NCBI RefSeq assembly: GCF_009914755.1
Contig: NC_060933.1
Reading direction: 5' to 3' (one strand)
Length of the DNA: 64,000 nucleotides
DNA from: the human T2T-CHM13v2.0 reference genome, Homo sapiens
In this document: positions 52,160 to 64,000 of the stretch, one piece after another
Layout: each line of letters starts with the position of its first letter
Numbering within the stretch: position 1 is the first letter of the stretch
Notes under the pieces: generated by a model
What the model was told of the DNA's origin: nothing
What the model saw: only the letters and a program-made list of their open reading frames with translations
Database searches by the model: none
Translations under genes and position numbers: made by a program

Positions 52160-52385
52160 GAATGCCTCCAATGTCCCAAGCTTTCAGCTGTTTTATTTTC
52201 CTATATATTAATTGCATCTAATCATACTTCCCACCAATTTCTACTTTCTAAATCAAGAAATTGAAGTTCTGAAAGCTTCAGTACCTTTCCCAAAAATCAC
52301 ACAAATAGAAAATACTGGAGCCACAATTTGAAAATAGTACCATCTAACTCCAAAGTCAATTCTTACTGTATTTTATCACGCTATC
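52160..52385 (-). mobile_element. MIR fragment abutting the 3' end of the NORAD retrocopy
   Basis: aatcaagaaattgaagttctgaaag...ttcccaaaaatcacaca...ggagccacaatttgaa. Confidence 0.55.
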
Positions 52386-53863
52386 TTTTCAGCAACATAA
52401 AAAATTAATTCAGCCTTAGTTTAGTAATATTTCTTTGTAGTACTTTCTTCATCAGAGAGAAAAATGAGGTGCCAACAGATAATTATACATGTGTGGAGAT
52501 GACTAGATGTTGCTATGAAATCAAATGAAACAATCAACAAAGAGGCTCATTACACCTTTATCATATTTGTTAACTGAAAACATGTTTGTTGTTTCTGTTT
52601 TGGTTTGGGGGAGGACTTAGGTAGATAGGGATGATACACTGGCAACTGAGCTTATTTTTACTGTCAAATTAATCATCCTGGGTAGAATGGTTACTTGAAT
52701 AGCTTGTGTCATTATTACTCTAAAGAAAAGTTGCCACTGGGCTAGAATGGCTCATAAATTTATTGTATCAGCTGGTGTGAAATATTGAGGCATTAATTTA
52801 ACTATGGCTAAAGTAATAGCTATAATTTTAAGTGAGTTGATATAAAGTTTTGCAACTTAAAACTTGTTCAAACAGGCCCAATAATATTGATATCAGTTAA
52901 AATATTTTCTTAAAATCATTGTGCATTTTATAAAGAACTTATTTTATACCAGATTATTAAAAGCCATCCTAAACCATTTTTACACACCACAAATTTGATT
53001 TATCAACAGCACTGGTTGCATTTACTAAAATGTAATCCCTACAAGGGTAAGAAGTTTTGTCTATTTAATTTCACCATTCCATCCCCAGCACTCAGAACAA
53101 TATATTACACATATTAGCATTAAATAAATATTTTTAAATTAATGAATTAATGTGTCTCCGAACCAAATAGTTAATTTCTTTGGGGACTATTTCCTTTACC
53201 TGTTAAAAGGGAAGGCTGAGAGAGGCTCTAAGAGGTCATTATCAACTGCTTCTGGCAATTTTCTGACAACCACAAGGGGAATCAGTCTTAAAATGCAGAT
53301 TCTCTATAGATTACAGAGTGGAGAGAAGAAAGAAGTCTTTCTACCAGTCAGTTGCAAAGCTTCTTATATCTCTGCTTTTGGTAATGGAGATTTTAAAATA
53401 ATAGTAAAAGCACTTACGATTAAGTTTATTTGAGATAAAATTCCTCTACTTGCTGTTAAAATCATTCAGATTTCCATCTTTTCTATTTTAGTGTAGATTT
53501 GAGGCTGTATTGCACTTGTTCTAGTATTGCACTTGTTAGCACTATTACTGTATTACATTTGTTAATACAAATTTCAAAGACATAGCTTTTGGGCACTTGA
53601 AGAATAGAAAAATTTTTAATGGGCAAAGAGGAATGAGGCATGGTTTTTTCCCTAGAGAGGCATACAAACATGAGAGGGAACAAAATAAATATCTAAATAC
53701 AAATTACCTAAAGGGGAATACATATTTACTATGAACATATGTATAGATGTGATGCCTAGTAATTCCATTTGTGTTCTATTCCTCCTCTTTGGTTTATTTT
53801 ACTGTTGTTGACAATATTTAATAAGTCAAATCCACATCTTAATTGAGCCTGTAGATATTTTAG

Positions 53864-54248
<385 letters not shown>

Positions 54249-54307
54249 TGTGTTTAGTTTTTTTTCCCTTTCTTCTATCTATCATGATTTTCTTCTGCTC
54301 ATACCAG

Positions 54308-54743
54308 TTATGGTGGGTTGAATAGTGTCTTCCAAAACTTGATGTCTACCCAGAATCTCAGAACACAACCTTGTTTGGAAATAGGGTCTTTCCAGGTGTG
54401 ATCAAGGTGTGGATCTGGATAAGAGCATACTACATTTAGGTGGGCTGTATATCTAATTGGAGTATTCTTATTCGAGACAAAAAGGGATACACAGAGAGGA
54501 AAAGGCAGAGGAACTCTCTGGAGGCAGAGATTGGAGCAGTGCATCTACAAGCAAAGGAATGCCAGGCGCTGGTAGAGGCAAGAAAAAATTCTCCTTCCTC
54601 TAGATCCTTTGGAGAGAGTGTGACCCTGCTGGCCCCTTGGTTTTGTACTTTTCGCCTCCAGAACTATAGAGAATATATTTCTGTGGTTTTAAGCCACCAA
54701 GTTTGCAGTAATTTGTTACAGCAGCCCTAGAAAAATCAACACA
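54308..54743 (+). mobile_element. MLT1B/C-type MaLR LTR
   Basis: tggtgggttgaatagtgtc...ttggaaatagggtcttt...aatttgttacagcagccctag. Confidence 0.82.
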
Positions 54744-56449
54744 ACCACGAGTCTGTTTTGTTATATGTTACAATTTGGTTTTAGCTGTGCTTTGGAAGAG
54801 GGGCTGTGTAAAATAGCAACTACTAGTGAGAAATGATGATCTATAGAAAGTGTAACAGTTGTCAGAAACAAGGGGATTGGCTAAGGTGACCAACAAACAG
54901 CAGGTTGGACTGTAGTGTATCTAAACCTGGAGACATACCTTCATTCCTTCCTTCCCATCATCAATGTCTGAAAATGAGAACCCCCCAAAAGAGGCAAATC
55001 TCTGCTCATCAAGTGGAGGGGGATTCAAACTATCATAGGCTGTTTTTTTAAGTGACAGTCCCTGAAAACCCGGGAAGTTAAAGGCCTATGAGTTACCTAA
55101 GAGCATAGAGAAAAATAATATGATGAAGTTGACTCAGAAGAAGAATAGTGAACACGCTACCCTCAAAAAGAGAATATACTTCATTAGATACCTTATATCT
55201 TATTGCCAAACTTCCACAGAAAATTTAGAATAATTGGTATATATTGTCTCTACTAAAATTTTAATAAATAATGTAAATTAAATAGACCACACTTTGTCAT
55301 CATAATTAAATAAAAATAGTAATAGTTTTTTAAATCCAATTTTTAAAAATAAATAATGAGAACTAATGGAAAAAAGAAAATTAGGATCAGAGGAATAATA
55401 AAAATTAGAATAGTACAAAGCAAAAATTCAGTATTCCTGAAGCTCTAAATGTTTTCAATGTTAAAAAAGAAAGCATGAACATATATAACTAAAAATGTAA
55501 AAAAGGAAAACAAATCAAATTGTTTAAAAAAGCAGAATATAGTTCTTTAAAAGATAACAGTGGTCATTAAAATGTTTGAATAAAAATGAAACCATAGATC
55601 AAGACCTCATTTGGGAAAAAAATTAAGATAACTTCTAGCTTGCCTAATCAACAACAGCAATACAACAGTATAAAATACAAATACCTAAATTTAGAAAATA
55701 GAGCAACCTAAAACCACAAACATATATATACATCAAAGCCCTTAAATATTTTTCTAATTTTTTACCTAACAAAGTTATTGTTAATATTTTCTTTAATGAA
55801 AATTATCATCAGTGAGCCTTCCAATTCATGTGCCTCTGCAGTCTCTAATAAGCCATAGTGTTCAACCAAAGGAGACACTAGTGAGGAGAAAGGAGAGAGA
55901 AGAAGAGTGGGGAGGAGAGAAGTGGGAAGAGAGAAGGCAGCAAATGTCTGATTACTCAGAACCTGGATGCTAGGGCAGAATTTTACCTCTGCCTTCAGAC
56001 ATCTTCCCTTGGAATGAATGTGGTTGGTGTTGTGCATCAGAATAGACAAGATGCCACTGGACAAACCCATGTACCAGAGTTCAGGCCTCAGAGCATTTAG
56101 GGTATTCCCTCACCCTGGTCTGTCACTCTCATCAATTATAGCATGGCCTACTTCTCCCCGTCCCTTCTGTTCCAAGGTTGTAACATCAGAAGTTGGAGTA
56201 TGGGAAATGGGACAAATTAGAAGTGAGATTTTAGGAGGTATCTATCTGTCATTGGCTTCTTTCCACTTATGGTTTATTCAGAAAAATGTAGACCTAATTA
56301 AGACAGATTCAACTTTTTAACTTACTTAAGTATACCAGATTTAACTAAAATATACCAAGAAAAAAATTTCATTTGGTTAAATGATACTATGAGTTGTGAA
56401 CCAATGTTTATTCACACATATGCTTCCTCTTTCCCTGACTCCACATTTA

Positions 56450-57340
56450 GGCCTTTGGTGTAACAGGTGACTTCCTATTGTACACTGAATATTTTTTCTA
56501 TTATGTTAGGAGATTCTGGGTCCTCTTTAGGTCTTTTGTTTTATCAGCAGTCATCCTATTTAAATTGAGCACACAGGTCTTGGCCTACATTTTTGGGCTG
56601 TGACTTCAATGGCAATGTAATTTTCAGTGTCTTTGCAGTGCGATGGTGGTTGGCTCAGTTAATTTGGTACCTCTGGGGCTTCCACTGGTCCTTTCTGGTA
56701 CTGTCCAGTAAGGAGGAGATTCTCGTGTTGCCCCAGATTTGGGGAAGAGAATCTCAAGGCCACAGGAGTAAGGATCTATTGTGGCAGAGTCTCTATGGCC
56801 AGTGCGCTATGGCTTCCCCCATCTCCCTCAGTGGGGGAAGGAGTCTTGGCCCTGGGATGAAGAAACTAAAAGATAAGTCTGCTTTCCTGTCTGCTTACTG
56901 TGGAAAAACCCCCTGGCCAGTGCCACTAGGCTGCTGGGTGTCTTTGGGTGACAGAAGGGTCTTAGTCCCAGCAGGGAAGGAGAGAACTTTCCCTGGACAA
57001 TTATTTTCAGCAGAGCTTCCAATGGATTTACCCTTGAAGGCACTGCCTGTTCTACTGGTGTTGTCTGCGGCATACAGTCAGTCTGGGTGAGGAATGAGCC
57101 AGCTAGACCATCCTCTGTTGCTAGGTTGGGGGTTGGAAACACCAGACCTGAGTTGTCTTATTTTGTTGGGTGGGAGTTGCCCTGTGGCTATGTTGTCCCT
57201 CCAATCCTGGGTTCCCTGACAAGTTCTCCTTCCTCTCTGTGCCTTTCAGAGTTCTATTTCAATCACCCCTTGCATAATTTCCAGGTTTGTAGCTATACTT
57301 GGAGGGAAAGAGCAGGAAGGAATTCTCTGTCCATTTAGGC
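56450..57340 (-). mobile_element. Ancient L1/HAL1-like 5' region
   Basis: Ends with ttgcataatttccaggtttgtagctatacttggagggaaagagcagg..ccattt, resembling reverse old L1M/HAL1 5' termini. Confidence 0.4.
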
Positions 57341-57618
57341 TTTTGAAACCAATACCTCCAGATCCCTCAAGAGAAAAGATCCACAAAGGGAGTGACATTC
57401 CTAGTTTAATTTAAAAAACAACTAAACTAAACTAAGGATCAAATTGTAAACACAGAAAAATATGAGAGGATGGTTGTTGAGCTACTGGTTTTTTTTACCT
57501 AAGAAGTTTTTAACAATGAGATTCTTTCTGGGTTGTGAGTGGAAGACAAGGAGATGGCACTGCTGGAAGTCTCCAAGATGGAGTCTTAAACCTGCTGCAA
57601 GTCAGCATTTAAGGTGGT

Positions 57619-57978
57619 TGATAGGATTTGGCTGTGTTCCCACTCAAATCTCATTGCAAATTGTAATCCCCATGTGTCAAGAGAGGAACTTGGTGGGAGG
57701 TGATTTGATCATGAGGGGATTTCCCCTCGCTCTTCTCATGATAGCAAGTGAGTTCTCATGAGATCTGATGGTTTTATAAGTGGCAATTTCCCCTGGTTTC
57801 TCTCTCTCTCCTGGCACCATGTAAGATATGCCTTGCTTCCCCTTGGCCTTCTGCCATAATTGTGGTTCCTGAGGCCTCTCTGGCCATGTGGAATTGTGAG
57901 TCAATTAGACTTCTTTTGTTTATAAATTACCCAGCCTCAAGTAGTATCTTTATAGCAGTGTGAAAACAGACTAATACG
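57619..57978 (+). mobile_element. MaLR solo LTR (THE1D/MSTA-type)
   Basis: TGATAGG...actaatac ends with a 5-bp TSD gtggt. Confidence 0.9.
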
Positions 57979-58770
57979 GTGGTGGGGTGGGAATTCTCTA
58001 AGACAGAGTCCTGAACCTGCTCCAACTTAGCATTAAGAAGGAAGGTGGCAGGAGACTCACAAGATGCTAGACCCAATAATAGAAGAGATCTATTAAATCC
58101 CTCTTCAAAATAGCAATAAGGACAATACATGTGGGACCCCCAGAAGCCATAACAGGAGTTTCAGATGCCACCATATTGCAGGCACAGTAGAGATGATTGC
58201 CTGAGACTTCACATGCCTGAAGTGCCTGAAGCAACACTACTAATTTCCCATGACCCCAGGGAAGGCCCACACCTTCCCTAGGTCTCTAAGAGAGATGAAG
58301 AAGTTAACTGGGGATAGAGAGCCATAGGCTCTAAAGTGGTTTCCCAGATGCAGAGTGGACAACCCAGCTGCAGGCAGATGTAAAGATGGACACCAGCAAA
58401 TGCTATATGAAGGGATGATAATGGCCAAAGGCCAGTCAGGACGCTTTTCAGTGGATGCCAGCATATGTTCATTATTACCTTCTCTTGATATCCTGATGCC
58501 ATGTATATCCACCTCTCCCTTCCTCTGATAGTCCCTCAATATTAAGATGCAATTATAAGAAGTAAAGAGGAAGAAAAATCAATTTGCTTAAATAACACCA
58601 AAGACTCTAAAAACAAACCCAGATTTACTAATTTTACCTAGAATTGTCCAAATTAAGTTTATCTACCATCAGGTGAAATATTAGATTAAAATACAGACTA
58701 CATTTAAATTTAGTTTTAGGCATGACACCTAATCCTCTTCTTTTGATATCTAAAGTCTATGAGCTTCCTA

Positions 58771-58901
58771 GCTGAGGGTGGTGGCTCACATCTAGATCGG
58801 GATACTGAGGCAAGAGCAGTGAGCTTTGACCGTGCCACTGCAGTCTGGCCTGGGTAATAAAGCAAGACCCCTTCCCTAACAAAACAAAACAAAACAAAAA
58901 A
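58771..58901 (+). mobile_element. Degraded Alu monomer (FLAM/FRAM-like)
   Basis: gtggtggctcaca...gtgccactgcagtctggcctggg...agaccc followed by an (AAAAC)n tail. Confidence 0.7.
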
Positions 58902-59335
58902 ATGCACAAATTTATGGACTTCCTAATTTTATTACAACAAAATTTATACAGAGTAAAAATAAATTAGCTGGACAAAAACACATATATTTGTATATGTTAT
59001 AGTCTTTCCCAGCTATAAATTGTGTGATATATAGAAAGTAACTCGGAGTCACTATATATTCTCTAACAACACATATTCGTATGATTTTACCCCTTTTCCC
59101 ATGTGTGATGGTAACACATAACGTTCTATAAGCACTTTCCCTTGCACAGAATAACACCTGTTCTCTTTTCCTCACTTTCCAAGGTGAGATACAAACAAAA
59201 CTTTAAGAAATCTGTACACAGTAGTTTTCTTAAATTGAAAAACAAAATGGAAATACCCTAAACATTTAAATATAGAGGAATAATCCACTAAATTATAATA
59301 TATTGTGAATTATTTTCAGTTACCAAAAGTCAGAA

Positions 59336-59493
59336 GGGGAAAGGAGAGCATTAGAAAAAATAACTAATGCATGTTGGACTTAATACCTAGGTGATGGGTT
59401 GATAGGTGCAGCAAACCACCATGGCACACATTTACCTATGTAACAAACCTGCACATCCCCACATGTACCCCGGAACTTAAAATTAATTTTAAC
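59336..59493 (+). mobile_element. Short L1PA10-like 3' end
   Basis: taatacctaggtgatgggttgataggtgcagcaaaccacc, with TSD aaagtcagaa (59326-59335 / 59494-59503). Confidence 0.88.
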
Positions 59494-59647
59494 AAAGTCA
59501 GAATTTTAAAAAAACATTTTACAAAGTGAGTAAAATCTTTAGGATTCATATGACTGAATGTGAAAGATATAATATGCTCCTGAACAGATACTGTTCAGTC
59601 TGAAGATATTTATACCTTGATCATCTGGGTCCAGTATATTTGTTTTT

Positions 59648-60918
<1,271 letters not shown>

Positions 60919-62288
60919 TGAAACCATCCCCCTTCGTGCTTCATCTATATTCTGCACTTAAATTTCATTAGCACATATGGCATTGTCTTATTTCTAATTG
61001 TGCCATGTCTTACTTATCTTTGTGTTACTAACCACTAGCATTGAGATGATAATCACACATTAGTACTCAGTCCATGTTTGTGGAATACATAAAAAAGGGA
61101 CAGAGCCCTGACTTTAGATGACATACTCAAAACAAGTTCCTTGGTTAACTGAAAAGCTTACATCTTAACTGGGAATTGTCAAGACTGATAAACACTAAAA
61201 AAGAAGAGACTAAGGAAAAGGAAAAGCAACATTGATTTCATAAATCACACACAAATTTACTGAACATTCATATAATGAAAGCTTCAGAAAATGACACAAG
61301 CTCTGAACACAAATTTGAAGGAGAATATCTTTCCTTCCTGGATCCTGTCAAGAGGTCAATTGATCAATTAAAGAGCTGCCACTCCAGCAATTTGTCTTAA
61401 AAGTAGATTGTTCTTATCAGCAAGTTGTTCAATTAGCATAAAAGTCACAAGACTACATTTCATGTGAATTATTTTTTTCTATGTTAATTGTCTAGAGGGG
61501 AGGAAATTAGCCAAAAGGAAGAAAAAATGATGTGAGAAGACAGATTACCAATGAATCATTATAATTTAAAATGTTGTGTATCCTGCTACTGACCAAGAAT
61601 ACAAATATGCAAATATCAATCCAACTTTCATTAATATTTTACCTCAAAAATATAATTGTAAGCTATGCCCTGACTAATATGTCAAACCTAATCTGGGAGT
61701 CAGTTCTAATTTTCAATATGAAGAAATTTTAGCTGTTTTAAACTCTATTCATGGTAGTTGCTAGTTTAAATTTCTGCTAATAATATAACTCCACTATGCT
61801 TGTGAAATCTTTATTGGGTCTTTCTGTATCTGTCATGGGTCTGACTAAAGAACTCCCTGAAATTCATGTATTAGGTGAGACTGAGGAACATTGACAAAGC
61901 AATAAGGGTTGACATCCTCCACCCTACAAATCTATCATGGAAATTAATGATCTGCTCCATTTTAACTAACCAATGGTGCAAAGCAGCCATCTTCTAGGGC
62001 TTTCAGGAAGAATCTTGAAATCTGAAGCAATAACCTGAGACATTTAAAGCTACAATTTATTTCAGCTTCACTTTATACCCTTCCGCTCTGCCTGCTAAGT
62101 TACACTTTCAAATAACCTCAGAAGAATGAGACTCAGCAACGTCTGTGTTTGAACACAAGTTTAGCCTCTGGACAAATGTCCTGTTGGAATCTCACTAAAT
62201 GTTTTAAGTTTTCAACTTATCAAGTCTAAATTCCATTGACTCTTAGGTTCCTGCTGCCTACATGAACGTGACTGGCCATTTTCTAATC

Positions 62289-62480
62289 CAATGTTTCTCA
62301 GTAGGAGGAATAGCACCTTCTAGAGAGCACTTTAGGAATCTGTGGGTGCATTCTTTTTTGGTTGTTGCAGTTACTAAAAATGTGACTAGTATTTAGAGAG
62401 TGGGAATCAGAGATGCCAGATGTCCTGTAATGTATAGGACAGCTACCCCAAACGAAGACATCTGTCACATCCTATGGGAC
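62289..62480. mobile_element. MER20-like hAT element
   Basis: caatgtttctca...gggaatcagagatgccagatgtcctgtaatgtataggacag. Confidence 0.65.
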
Positions 62481-62501
62481 TTGAAAGTATTCCTGGAAGA
62501 T

Positions 62502-62684
62502 CAGTGGTTCTCAAACTTTAACCTATATCAGAATCACCTGGAGGTATTGTTCAGCACCAATTTCCGGTCCTCACCCCAGTTTCAGAGTCAGTGGGCTCAG
62601 GACAGAGCCAGATAATATGCATGTCTAGCTAGTTCCCAGATGATGCTGATGCTGCTGATCCAGGGGACCATACTTTGAAAACTG
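62502..62684. mobile_element. MER5A hAT element
   Basis: cagtggttctcaaact...atcagaatcacctggag...gatgctgatgctgctg...ggaccatactttga. Confidence 0.88.
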
Positions 62685-62774
62685 TAGCTCTAGATAGATA
62701 GTTACGTAGGTAGAAAATCTGTTTATAGTTATCTGAACCTGATAAACTAGTTTCATTTTATGTGTAAAGACATA

Positions 62775-64000
<1,226 letters not shown>

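Noticed and set aside
56593-57090. Longest ORF in the track (165 aa)
   Set aside because: It has a non-ATG start, no recognisable protein features, and lies in a probable ancient L1-derived segment.

Overview
AT-rich primate genomic DNA. A young L1 with L1PA2-type 3' diagnostics points to human or another great ape. I found no credible protein-coding exon: the listed ORFs are L1 ORF2, ERVL pol, Tigger1 or Charlie remnants, or chance frames. Most of the window is transposon-derived (L1PA/PB/ME, Alu, MIR, L2, MaLR/ERVL/ERV1 LTRs, Tigger, MER and Charlie DNA transposons), with two deep nesting stacks and two 5'-inverted (twin-primed) L1s. The standout feature is a near full-length ~5.1 kb processed retrocopy of the lncRNA NORAD (LINC00657) at ~47060-52154 (+). 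It keeps the ~300-nt repeat-unit architecture, 10 canonical Pumilio elements (TGTANATA), the repeated hairpins, the poly(A) signal and a CpG-rich 5' end with ETS- and YY1-like motifs, so it may be a transcribed PUMILIO decoy paralog. An unexplained diverged ~200-bp local duplication lies at ~22.9 kb and ~24.6 kb. All family and subfamily names come from recalled consensus sequences, not from a database search.
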